Source: an uncultured Gammaproteobacteria bacterium (lineage in GTDB: Bacteria > Patescibacteriota > Microgenomatia > UBA1406 > GWC2-37-13). Taken from it: a DNA stretch of 64,000 nucleotides. A model generated the notes under the pieces. The model saw only the letters and a program-made list of their open reading frames with translations, was not told where the DNA came from and searched no databases. The translations under genes and the position numbers were made by a program. The stretch's first letter is position 1. Every line of letters starts with the position of its first letter. The stretch is from contig CAZOFT010000002.1 in the NCBI GenBank assembly GCA_964579395.1, positions 66,071 to 130,070 of the forward strand. Direction: 5' to 3'. Positions 34,782 to 43,651 of the stretch are shown here, one piece after another.

Positions 34782-35435
34782 TTATGGCGATTGATCATTG
34801 GTAAATGGCTTTTTTCTTCTGAACCATCTACGGGTGGAAGTCTGTTCTGCTTGTTGAAATCGATATTCCAGCAGTTGTCTTCTAAGTGTATGGGTGGCTT
34901 GTCGAGTAATCGACTCGGAGTCTGCATGTGGTCTACCTAATTGCGTTGCGCTATCAAGCATCTGCTGAGGTATGATTCTCTCGCTATCTTGCTGGAGTAT
35001 CTGTTCTTTTATTTCCTCTGATGTGAGTCGACACGATTCAAATGCCATTGTTTGGCCAGCTTTTCCGACAATGAGCCTACGGATCGTCGAGACGCCAAAT
35101 AAGCCAGTTTCCACTTCGTAGGTTGTATCTTGAAAATAGGCAGATGCCATCCATGCGGTTGGCTGACGATATTGACCTTCTTCCGTCAAGTTGTAAATTA
35201 AAAGAATTTGTCGATCATGCGGAAGTTCGATTGTTTTGCTGCGTGTATAAAACGTGCTACCGTCAGCAAGCCGCCTTCGTGTGTGATCTGAGGACTGATA
35301 CGTTAAATGTGCAATTCGTGAGCCTATTGATTCGATAAGATGTTCTTTTTCATCTTCACCCATAACCAATTCAGGAGAAGGTTCTGTTGGGGGAACAATA
35401 AAAAAGCGTCGACTGGGATCGTATTCTTTTGGCAT
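34782..35435 (-). CDS. hypothetical protein (217 aa, no recognisable domain)
   Basis: This long ORF lies 14 nt upstream of the next gene and 17 nt downstream of the DHH-like gene. It has a basic C-terminus (RRWFRRKKPF). Confidence 0.5.
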   Translation of the reverse strand: MPKEYDPSRRFFIVPPTEPSPELVMGEDEKEHLIESIGSRIAHLTYQSSDHTRRRLADGSTFYTRSKTIELPHDRQILLIYNLTEEGQYRQPTAWMASAYFQDTTYEVETGLFGVSTIRRLIVGKAGQTMAFESCRLTSEEIKEQILQQDSERIIPQQMLDSATQLGRPHADSESITRQATHTLRRQLLEYRFQQAEQTSTRRWFRRKKPFTNDQSP

Positions 35436-35452
35436 AAGAAGAAAGCAACTCG

Positions 35453-36568
35453 TTAACCGCGGCTATTGGGGTTGCCGCCACCAGACCCACCTTGAGCAGG
35501 TGTGTCTTTGGGAGTAAAAATGCTGGGCTTGAGCCAGTCGTCATCCTCTTCATCATCGTCATCGTCGCCATCAAAGTAGGTATCAATTGACTGAGGCGGT
35601 TGTGACTGCTGTGCAGGCGGAGTAAATTGGCCTTGTGGCGGTTGTTGCATAAACGGACTCGGCTGTTGTGGCATCGGTGGCTGTTGGGGTTGTGGGGGAG
35701 TAAATCCTCCCATTTGCTGCGCTTGGCGTGGCGGCATGAATTGTTGCGGTTGGACGCTGTAGGGCGCCTGCTGTGCAAACTGATTCGGCATCGCCTGTTG
35801 CATCGGCTGCTGTGGTATCGGCTGGCCGGGTGCCATTTTCGGTTTGCCTGCTCCATGTTTCATCAGCTGCGCACTGGCTTCAAATGTTTGTGCATTCGTG
35901 TGCGGCGCACTGTAGTTGGCAGTTGAGGCTATTATACCGGCAAGAAGGGCATTGGCAATATCGCGATCAAGTTCGATTTTGAGCCCGCTCAGAATCTGCA
36001 TGACGAGTTCGGCATTCGATGAGCTATTACGGTTGACCAGGTTTGCCTGTCCAAAAAAAGTATTGGTGAGGTGGCGATCGATATTGATAAGTGGCTTGCC
36101 CTTGATCTGCTCCTGATGTTTTTCAAACGTTGCGCCCAGCTGTTTCAAGCTTGTAGTATCAACCGTAATGATAAACTCCACAAGTCCGCCGGTCATGCTG
36201 TACTGCACGGTTTTTTCATTCAGTTTTTCACGTCCCGGGCGGGGAGTGACGACGATATTGAATCGATCATTTTGGATGTAATAATCCACTTTGTCTATGG
36301 CACCGTCTTCATACGGAAAGCTGATTACCAAGCTGTCTCCTGCAGTAGCAAAATCAGATCCGATTTTTTCTGCACCGGGCAATTGCGATTTTACGGGAGT
36401 TGCACATACAATGGAGATGTTTTTACCTGCTTTCGTAAGTCCCATATACAGTCCAACAGCCGAAGCTATCGCATCTTCACTGGGGTTTTGGGCAAGGCAG
36501 ATGACACCGGAGGAATATTGCTCCAAAAGGCCAAGCGCCTTCTCGAGCTGATTCTGGTTAGGATTCAT
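35453..36568 (-). CDS. DHH/DHHA1-family (NrnA-like) protein with degenerate catalytic motifs and a Q/P-rich plus poly-acidic C-terminal tail
   Basis: It has NrnA-like layout, but motif I reads NPSEDAIAS (expected NPDGDAxGS), motif III reads NIDRHLTN (expected DHH), and DHHA1 reads KHGAG (expected GGGH). The C-terminal ~130 aa is Q/P-rich and ends in DGDDDDDEEDDDW. Confidence 0.65.
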   Translation of the reverse strand: MNPNQNQLEKALGLLEQYSSGVICLAQNPSEDAIASAVGLYMGLTKAGKNISIVCATPVKSQLPGAEKIGSDFATAGDSLVISFPYEDGAIDKVDYYIQNDRFNIVVTPRPGREKLNEKTVQYSMTGGLVEFIITVDTTSLKQLGATFEKHQEQIKGKPLINIDRHLTNTFFGQANLVNRNSSSNAELVMQILSGLKIELDRDIANALLAGIIASTANYSAPHTNAQTFEASAQLMKHGAGKPKMAPGQPIPQQPMQQAMPNQFAQQAPYSVQPQQFMPPRQAQQMGGFTPPQPQQPPMPQQPSPFMQQPPQGQFTPPAQQSQPPQSIDTYFDGDDDDDEEDDDWLKPSIFTPKDTPAQGGSGGGNPNSRG

Positions 36569-36569
36569 A

Positions 36570-38018
36570 CTATAGGATAAATTTTATCACATCCTGCTCT
36601 TTGATGTCAACCTTTGGCTCAAAGAGCATGCCGGCTTCCTGGTCCTTTTTGGCTTCAGAAACGGTTTTTGCTCGATTACGCAGTGACACCAATCGTGTTT
36701 CAGCAACTTTTTTGCCGTCACGGTACACATGGACGTGATCTCCCATATTTACTTTTCCTTTGTTTACGCGAACACCAAATACTTGCTCACCTTCAATAAT
36801 GAAAGTTGCCAAAACGCGCGCTTCACCTTTGGTGCTTTTCTCTCGCTCTTCTTTTTCACGGATGATTTCGGCAACTTCTGTGAGTTCATCGATAATCTCG
36901 TATATGATATTATAGGTCTTCACAATAACCTTTTCCTGTTTGGCTACAGACAGCACTTCTGATGAAGGTTTTATATTAAACCCGATCACAATCGCTTTTG
37001 TGCTGCGGGCAAGGAAGATGTCTGAGTTGCTGATCTCACCGACTGCCGACAGCACAATGTCGATGTTTGGATTTTCTGCTAATGCATATTGGAGTGCTTC
37101 CAAGGACCCATTTGTATCTGTTTTGACTACAATTGATAGCTTTTTTTCCTCCGGCTGCGTGCTGCCCAGAATAGAATCGAGGCTGAACACTTTTTTCGTT
37201 TGAGTCACTATCTCCTCTTTTTTGACACCTTCAGTCGGGGTGATCATCGTTCCCACTTCAGGAAGCTCCTGAAATCCAAGAAGCTCAAACGGGGTAGACG
37301 GCTCAACTGACGGTACTTGGGTTCCCAAATCATTTATAAGCGCGCGCACACTGCACTTACTGGTGCCTGCATACAGTGTGTCACCGCGGCTGATTGTGCC
37401 TTGTTTGATGACACATCCGACGACCGTACCGCGTTTGTCTTTTTTTGTTTCCAGAATATATGCTTCGCACGGAGCTTGCGGATCGTATTCGAGGTGATGC
37501 TCAGAAGACAGAAGAAGAATTGATTCCAACAGGTCAGGTACGCCGGTTCCTTCTTTGGCGCTTACGCCCACAAACGGTACCGTACCGCCTTTGTCTTCAA
37601 CCAACACTTCATGCTTCAGAAGGTCAATCTTGATCTTTTCAGGATTTGCATCAGGAAGATCCATTTTATTTGCGACGACTATGTAGGGAATCTTTGCTGC
37701 TTTTATGTGTTGGATTGACTCGACTGTCTGCGGCATGAGTGAGTCTTTAGCATCAACGATAAGTAGTGCCACATCAGCGATGTTTGCACCGCGTGCGCGC
37801 AGCTTGGTAAATGCCTCATGTCCCGGAGTATCAATAAATGTGATGCGATCTGATGGATATCCTTGTATACCGGTTGCAATCTCATAGGCTCCGATTGACT
37901 GGGTAATGCCGCCGTGTTCCCGAGCAGCAAGACGCGATTCGCGAATATAGTCAAGAAGGGTTGTTTTGCCGTGATCGACGTGGCCGAGGATCGCAACGAT
38001 TGGTGGTCTGACGTTCAT
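36570..38018 (-). CDS. infB: translation initiation factor IF-2 (short form starting at the G domain)
   Basis: The N-terminus is MNVRPPIVAILGHVDHGKTTLLD. DTPGHEAF and NKMD G-motifs are present, along with C-terminal beta-barrel and C2 regions. It is 482 aa. Confidence 0.95.
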   Translation of the reverse strand: MNVRPPIVAILGHVDHGKTTLLDYIRESRLAAREHGGITQSIGAYEIATGIQGYPSDRITFIDTPGHEAFTKLRARGANIADVALLIVDAKDSLMPQTVESIQHIKAAKIPYIVVANKMDLPDANPEKIKIDLLKHEVLVEDKGGTVPFVGVSAKEGTGVPDLLESILLLSSEHHLEYDPQAPCEAYILETKKDKRGTVVGCVIKQGTISRGDTLYAGTSKCSVRALINDLGTQVPSVEPSTPFELLGFQELPEVGTMITPTEGVKKEEIVTQTKKVFSLDSILGSTQPEEKKLSIVVKTDTNGSLEALQYALAENPNIDIVLSAVGEISNSDIFLARSTKAIVIGFNIKPSSEVLSVAKQEKVIVKTYNIIYEIIDELTEVAEIIREKEEREKSTKGEARVLATFIIEGEQVFGVRVNKGKVNMGDHVHVYRDGKKVAETRLVSLRNRAKTVSEAKKDQEAGMLFEPKVDIKEQDVIKFIL

Positions 38019-38068
38019 ATTGTGTTTGCTACGGAAAAAATTACCAATGGATTAGTTGCTTGTTGATG

Positions 38069-38091
38069 GCACATGAGTTTTGATCATGTGC
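38069..38091 (-). other. perfect 8-bp hairpin in the nusA-infB spacer
   Basis: GCACATGA-GTTTTGA-TCATGTGC (palindromic arms) lies in the 105-nt intergenic spacer. No U-tract follows. Confidence 0.3.
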
Positions 38092-38123
38092 GCGAAGTCC
38101 CGGATTGTGCTTGCAAAGGCCGA

Positions 38124-39359
38124 TTATTCTTTATCTGCCTCTGCCTCGTTTTCAGTCTCTGCTACTTCAGGTGTTTCCACTTCAGTTGTTGGCTCAGTCT
38201 CAGCAGGTGCCTCCTCTACCGGAGCCTCAGTTGCTGTGTCTTCTGGCTCTTCAACAGGCGCATCGGGTGATTGCTCACTCGATGTGACTTCTTCTGATTC
38301 TTGTGCACTTGTTTCTGGTTCAGCAGTCTGTGCTTCTTCAGTTGTCCCAGATGTCTCTTCACTTTCGGGAGCTGGTTCTTCTTCGGGCTTTTCTGATGGG
38401 ATTTGCTGTATGTCTAAGTCATACCCAGTCAAGCGTGACGCGAGATTGACATTGACACCACCGCGGCCGATCGCCAGGGGAGCCTGATCTTCTTGTACAG
38501 TTACAATCGCATGCTCATCGGCATCGATTTCAATCTTCTCTGCTGTTGCGGGCTGAATTGCTGCCGTGATAAAGATGATCGGATCTTCATTCCATTGGAT
38601 AATATCGATTTTTTCGCTACCGCCAAGCTCATTGGTGACCATCTGCACGCGAACACCTTTTTGGCCGACACATGCACCGACAGGATCAACGCCGCCTTGT
38701 GTGCTATACACAGCAATCTTTGCGCGCTCACCTGGTTCACGTACCACTTTTTTAATGTCGACTGTGCCGTTTGAGATCTCAGGCACCTCTTTTTTAAAGA
38801 GTTCTGCCAAGAGTCGATCATCGGTGCGTGAAAGCACGATGCGTGAGTTGCCGAATTTGTCTTCACTGATTTCTTTGATGTAAAAGACCATTTGATCATT
38901 TACATTGTATTTTTCACTGCGGATCTGCTCTTCACGAGGCAAGAATGCTTCTGTTTTTCCGATGTCAACAAAGGCATGGAATCCATCGTATCGGATCACA
39001 CGACCCTTGATGGTGGTGCCGATTTGTGAGGTGTACTGAGATAATACAGTTTTCTTTTCTACTTCACGAATCTTTTGCAGAATGACTTGTTTTGCAGTTT
39101 GGGCAGCGATGCGGCCAAAGCCGGAAGGAGTAATATCAGTATTGTCTTTATCAAGAACGTGTGCTTCGCCGGTATTTCTGTTGATCTTTACCGATGCTTC
39201 ATCCAATTCTTCTTCAGTAAGTCCGCTTTCGGACATTTCTTTTTTATATGCGGCCAAAATGGCGAGCTCAATTGACTCGATCACTTCATCTGCCGTAATA
39301 CCACGCTCAGTGGCAACCTGGTTGAGTGCTAATGCGAATTCACTTTTTACAATACTCAT
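38124..39359 (-). CDS. nusA: transcription termination/antitermination factor NusA with long acidic C-terminal tail
   Basis: The N-terminus is MSIVKSEFALALNQVATERGITADEVIESIE. It has S1 and two KH regions (PGERAKIAV...GACVGQKGVR; LAIGRGGVNVNLASRLTG), then ~95 aa of E/T/P/A-rich tail. ATG 39359 lies 7 nt after a minus-strand TACAAT. The track extends to 39488. Confidence 0.9.
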   Translation of the reverse strand: MSIVKSEFALALNQVATERGITADEVIESIELAILAAYKKEMSESGLTEEELDEASVKINRNTGEAHVLDKDNTDITPSGFGRIAAQTAKQVILQKIREVEKKTVLSQYTSQIGTTIKGRVIRYDGFHAFVDIGKTEAFLPREEQIRSEKYNVNDQMVFYIKEISEDKFGNSRIVLSRTDDRLLAELFKKEVPEISNGTVDIKKVVREPGERAKIAVYSTQGGVDPVGACVGQKGVRVQMVTNELGGSEKIDIIQWNEDPIIFITAAIQPATAEKIEIDADEHAIVTVQEDQAPLAIGRGGVNVNLASRLTGYDLDIQQIPSEKPEEEPAPESEETSGTTEEAQTAEPETSAQESEEVTSSEQSPDAPVEEPEDTATEAPVEEAPAETEPTTEVETPEVAETENEAEADKE

Positions 39360-39600
39360 AAGAGTCATTGTATCATACGAAGCTAAAAAAAGCAGTATCA
39401 GATTTACCCGTATCATGGTCAAAACGAGCTGTTTTGACGAAACGGGCATATCAGCAGGGTGATATGAAGTTGGATTACAAAATAGCACGAATGTGCATTT
39501 TGATTTCAGATATGTCGTCCTTAATTACGTAAGGACATCCTGTGCATAACGGAATCAAGCTCATGCGCATCACGCGATGCACACATGAGGACTGATAGTA

Positions 39601-40281
39601 TTATTCGTTCTCTGCAGGTGCAGCTTCTTCAGCGGGTGCTTCAGCAGCAGCCTCACCTTCTGCGGCAGCTTCTTCACCAACTTCTGGTTCTTCAGAAGTG
39701 GTTTCTGGCTCAAGACTTTCTTCTTTGTGCTCGATAACACTGAACACAAGCTGTTCAGGGTCTGAGGTGATGGTGTAATTACCTGCTGGCGCAATGTCTT
39801 TGACACGTACTTCTGAGCCGATCTCGGCAAGCACAGTCAGGTCGATTTCAATTGCCTGAGGAATATCAGCAGGAAGTGCTTCGATCATAAGATTGTCTGT
39901 TTGAGTCAGGAGAACACCGCCGAGTTTCACGCCTGGGGCTTCGTTGATACCGGCAACCGGTACTTGGGTTTCAATCTTTTGCTTCAGGTTTACCTTACGC
40001 ATGTCTACGTGAAGGATGGCATTTGAAAGCGGGTGACGCTGCAGATGCTTGAACATTGCCGGAATCTCTTTTCCATCAACGCTGAGGTATACAACACCGG
40101 TCTCACGTGCCGTTTTGTATGTGGCAAAGAGTGCTTTGGATTCAATTTGAAATGCCATGGAATCCATTCCCTGTCCGTAAATGTTGGCGGGAACGATGCC
40201 CTGGTGGCGAAGTTTTTTCAATTTTTTCCCAAAAGCAGTGCGTGTTTGGGCCTCAAGAACGAGTTTAGTTGTGTCTTTCAT
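39601..40281 (-). CDS. rplY: 50S ribosomal protein L25 (Ctc form)
   Basis: FGKKLKKLRHQGIVPANIYGQG fits L25/Ctc. It is two-domain Ctc length plus an acidic Ala/Glu tail. Its start overlaps the DUF4012 gene stop by 4 nt. Confidence 0.85.
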   Translation of the reverse strand: MKDTTKLVLEAQTRTAFGKKLKKLRHQGIVPANIYGQGMDSMAFQIESKALFATYKTARETGVVYLSVDGKEIPAMFKHLQRHPLSNAILHVDMRKVNLKQKIETQVPVAGINEAPGVKLGGVLLTQTDNLMIEALPADIPQAIEIDLTVLAEIGSEVRVKDIAPAGNYTITSDPEQLVFSVIEHKEESLEPETTSEEPEVGEEAAAEGEAAAEAPAEEAAPAENE

Positions 40282-42467
40282 TTGTTGTGTTTCAGAGTTA
40301 TAACAAAAATACGATCCGTACTTTGGAAGTTATTATAAAAAATACGATTGCTATTTACAACCGGATGGAAGTTTTCCTCAACCGGCGTCAGGCTTTTCGG
40401 AAGGATTAATTCGAAGGTAAAGTCGTCGCTTGCTCCGCCCAACTGCTTTTGCAATATGAGCTGATAGGCCCCATCTTGCTGTGCCAGTTTTGTGGTAAGT
40501 GTATAGGTAATTTGCAGATAACGGGTTTCTTGCGGCTTGATGCTGGTGGGAAACGCAACGAGGGTGTAGCCGGCCTGGCGACTGAGGACATTTTCAATGG
40601 GCTGCGCGTTGTCTGTTGCTGATTCGACAATGCTGTTTCGGGGAAGGATGAGCTGCATGTACGTATCGTAGGTGCTGGGCGGATAGGCAATTTGTTGGGG
40701 GTCGTTGGTTAAGGTGATGTTGAGCTGATTTCTGATCACGCCATCGTCTGAGATGGTTGTTTTGAGTGAGCGGTTCTGTTTGATGAGAAGGTTGTTGTAG
40801 TCGGGAGTAATGCCGGTCTGATAGATTCCCAACAGATCGACGATACAGTTTTGCGAGTCAACGACGCAGCGGGTAGGAATGAGTTGGCCGTCCCAATACA
40901 AGTCGGCAAAGGTTTCCTGCCCGGGGCCGGCAGTTAAAAATGCAAGATGCTTTTCCATAAAGAGTCTATCCAAAGTCGGCAGGAGTTTATCTGCCTGTCT
41001 GCTCGCCATGTAATGAAGCATTGCGGTCGTAAGCTCATTGTAAAACGTTTCATCTGATCCGGCTGCCGCCAGTTTTATCGGGAGAGAATCGGCGCTGAGC
41101 TTTTCATGACTGGTGGGAAGATATATGCTGCCTTCATCCAGAATTTCAGAAAGAGCAGTGTCTGTGACATACAAATAGCCGTCTATATCATTCACTTCAC
41201 GCTCGTTTGCCAGAAGTGTTTGAATCGTTTGTGCGTTTCCGTCGAGTTGCGGTTCAGTGAGTGCCGTTTGGGTATTGAGAAATGACCGGTTGGCAAAGGT
41301 GCGCATAGACTCCGGCGCAGGGAGCGTGGTGGCAAGGGTTTGATCAAGCACCGTGGCAGGATACGTTTGCAGCGACACAACATGACCACCTTGCACTCGA
41401 ACCAGGATGATCGCCTGCACAAGGCCACCGCCCGTTGTCAGCTGTCGATTGTTTGCAACAATGACTGCATAGGTGCGGCGGGAGTCTGCACCAAACACGC
41501 CGGGAATAGCGTCGGTAATGCGCGCATACCGTTGCAGCTGTACTTTTGTGTCGCTGAGACTGCTGAGAATAGTGCTTGCTGTGCCCAGAATCCATTCGGG
41601 TTGATTTAAAAGAGTATCAATAGTTGATATGGTTTGCGAAAGCTCAGTTTGAGCAGATTTGATGGATGACTGAGGGGTGCTCTGTGCCACAAGCGTGTTG
41701 TGTATGAGTCGAGAGAGGTGGAGGTTGAGGCGTTGTTGCTGGCTGCGCAGACTGGTGATTGCGTCGTTTGTGTTGATCAGACTGTCTGCGGTGAGTCCAA
41801 GAGAAAACAAGAAAAAAAGCGGTCGTACTGGTTGGTAGAGTGCTGTTGCGGCGGAGTACGCCACTTCTGCATACTGTACATCCTGTCCGGTGACGCGGGC
41901 AAGGCGCACCCGCGCTGCGCCGTACAATGTGCCGATAATCAGTCCCATAAAGAGAAACCATAGTGCAAACACTGCCAATGCTATGCGTCGTTTGGATCGA
42001 CGAAATGGGCGAATAAAGCGACTAGTAAACGGTTCTGCGGTGGGGGTTGTGCGACTAAGGACGACTTCAAACAGTACGGAATCATCATCGTGTGAGTAGG
42101 CAAACCAAACGAGTTGTTCTATCGTATTGTGATCTGCCTCATCACGCGGCAGCGATATCACTTTTATGTTTCTTGTCGGAAGTGTGTGTGCTTTTTTTGC
42201 GAGTGCTTGGGCGCGTTTGGTATCTCCGATCACGACATACATGAGTGGGGTAGCGGTGTATTCGGGAAGCTCTGCCGGTGGAATGCGTGAGTTGATGAGA
42301 AAGGACATTGCAAAGCTATCCGGGCGGGCGGGAAGTTGTCGGGCGTCTATCACCTCGGTCTCTTTCTGTTTTGCATACTCTTTCAAAACTCTGGTAAAAC
42401 GGTGTGGCGTTTTTTCGACGACGAGAATGCGTTGGGTATCTGAGCTGGTTTCTACAACATACGACAT
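40278..42467 (-). CDS. DUF4012 domain protein (membrane-anchored, large extracytoplasmic domain)
   Basis: The protein is 729 aa with a TM helix (IALAVFALWFLFMGLIIGTLYGA). RTYAVIVANNRQLTTGGGLVQAIILVRVQGGHV resembles the DUF4012 core (NNxExRxTGG). Confidence 0.65.
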   Translation of the reverse strand: MSYVVETSSDTQRILVVEKTPHRFTRVLKEYAKQKETEVIDARQLPARPDSFAMSFLINSRIPPAELPEYTATPLMYVVIGDTKRAQALAKKAHTLPTRNIKVISLPRDEADHNTIEQLVWFAYSHDDDSVLFEVVLSRTTPTAEPFTSRFIRPFRRSKRRIALAVFALWFLFMGLIIGTLYGAARVRLARVTGQDVQYAEVAYSAATALYQPVRPLFFLFSLGLTADSLINTNDAITSLRSQQQRLNLHLSRLIHNTLVAQSTPQSSIKSAQTELSQTISTIDTLLNQPEWILGTASTILSSLSDTKVQLQRYARITDAIPGVFGADSRRTYAVIVANNRQLTTGGGLVQAIILVRVQGGHVVSLQTYPATVLDQTLATTLPAPESMRTFANRSFLNTQTALTEPQLDGNAQTIQTLLANEREVNDIDGYLYVTDTALSEILDEGSIYLPTSHEKLSADSLPIKLAAAGSDETFYNELTTAMLHYMASRQADKLLPTLDRLFMEKHLAFLTAGPGQETFADLYWDGQLIPTRCVVDSQNCIVDLLGIYQTGITPDYNNLLIKQNRSLKTTISDDGVIRNQLNITLTNDPQQIAYPPSTYDTYMQLILPRNSIVESATDNAQPIENVLSRQAGYTLVAFPTSIKPQETRYLQITYTLTTKLAQQDGAYQLILQKQLGGASDDFTFELILPKSLTPVEENFHPVVNSNRIFYNNFQSTDRIFVITLKHNK

Positions 42468-42554
42468 AAGAGGTGGTTTTGGCGCGTTTGCATGAGTACT
42501 TGCATATTATGTGCGCCTCTTTCTATATATACTATTCTACTTTATAATGCGCTT

Positions 42555-43064
42555 ATGAGCGTAAAAAGAAGTCCGGCGACGATACTAGCGTATGATGATG
42601 CGTTTGAAAAAAGCTACGCGGCATTTCGCAAGAAGCAGTCGGGAAAGCGATATGTGTTGGTTGGAGGGTGTTTTGACATTCTGCACATCGGACATGTACG
42701 GTTTCTTGAGGAGGCTGCCAAACAGGGTGACATTGTGATAGTGTCACTCGAATCTGACGGGTTTATTCAGACCGCCAAGCATCGTACGCCGGTGCATAAT
42801 CAAGAGATGCGTGCGATGATCCTGTCTGCATGTCGATATGTCGACCTGATTGTCACGTTGCCACACCTTGTCAGTAATGATCAGTATGATACGATGGTGC
42901 GGGCGATTGCTCCTGATGTGATTGCGATTACCGGAGCAGATCCCGGACAAGTGCACAAAGAACGCCAGGCTCAAATGCTTGGGATAGAGGTGGTTCCTGT
43001 GGTGAACCTGATTACGAATTATTCCACAACCAAAATTCTAGATGAGATTATTTCTCGCGATTGA
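42555..43064 (+). CDS. cytidylyltransferase-family nucleotidyltransferase (RfaE-II/TagD-like)
   Basis: VLVGGCFDILHIGHVRFLEEAAKQGD contains the HxGH motif. ATG 42555 lies 5 nt after TATAAT (42544-42549). The track starts at 42492. Confidence 0.75.
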   Translation: MSVKRSPATILAYDDAFEKSYAAFRKKQSGKRYVLVGGCFDILHIGHVRFLEEAAKQGDIVIVSLESDGFIQTAKHRTPVHNQEMRAMILSACRYVDLIVTLPHLVSNDQYDTMVRAIAPDVIAITGADPGQVHKERQAQMLGIEVVPVVNLITNYSTTKILDEIISRD

Positions 43065-43596
43065 GCTGCCTGAAGCGGCGAAAAAACGGTACGCAAAAGA
43101 GTTGCAGATATTGCATAAAGACTATCCATACTTTCAATGGATGGATCCTGCACGCTATCATATCACGCTCTTTTTCTTCGGCGAACTGGAATCAAGCGCA
43201 GAGCTTGAAAAGCAGATTGAGCAGCTTGTGTATGAAGCAGATTGCAAGCCGTTTCATTTGTTTGGGTTTGCTGCCGATCTGTTTATGCGCGGCAAGCTTT
43301 TGATATATGCCAACTTTCACACCTGTAAGCCGCTGCAGGACCTGGTGTTTTTTATGAAGCCAAAGTTAAAACTCTATGAAGAAATGGATCAGTTTATTCC
43401 TCATATGACGATTGCAACCTACAAAATCCCGAGCAAACAACAGTATTTGCTTATCCGAAAAAAACTGCAGCAGATGCGCTTTGATGTAGAGTTTCCGGTT
43501 GCCGATTTGGTGCTTTATGAAGCAGCAACAGAAGAGGGGAAGTCGGTATATAAAGAAGTTCGACGCTTCCCTCTTGAGCCTGAGCTTGAGGAGTGA
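43042..43596 (+). CDS. thpR: RNA 2',3'-cyclic phosphodiesterase / 2'-5' RNA ligase (2H phosphoesterase)
   Basis: The N-terminus is MRLFLAIELP, and two HxT motifs are present (HITL, HMTI). It overlaps the upstream gene by 23 nt. Confidence 0.85.
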   Translation: MRLFLAIELPEAAKKRYAKELQILHKDYPYFQWMDPARYHITLFFFGELESSAELEKQIEQLVYEADCKPFHLFGFAADLFMRGKLLIYANFHTCKPLQDLVFFMKPKLKLYEEMDQFIPHMTIATYKIPSKQQYLLIRKKLQQMRFDVEFPVADLVLYEAATEEGKSVYKEVRRFPLEPELEE

Positions 43597-43651
43597 TCAG
43601 CACAATCACGCTTGCATTGCGTGGATTGAGGATATATAGTGACAATCAAGC

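Noticed and set aside
38080-38487. Plus-strand Ser/Ala/Val-rich ORFs (135 aa and shorter) opposite the nusA 3' end. Similar antisense ORFs occur at 36071-36580, 55041-55625, 22248-22808 and 35371-35856.
   Set aside because: Each is the mirror frame of a low-complexity or strongly supported gene on the other strand. None has a motif, and each overlaps its partner completely.
39464-39532. A 22-codon plus-strand ORF (MKLDYKIARMCILISDMSSLIT) with an AGGGTGA-like box upstream, considered as a type I toxin or small peptide.
   Set aside because: It is too short and not convincingly hydrophobic. It overlaps hairpins better explained as RNA structure on the minus strand, and no supporting features were found.
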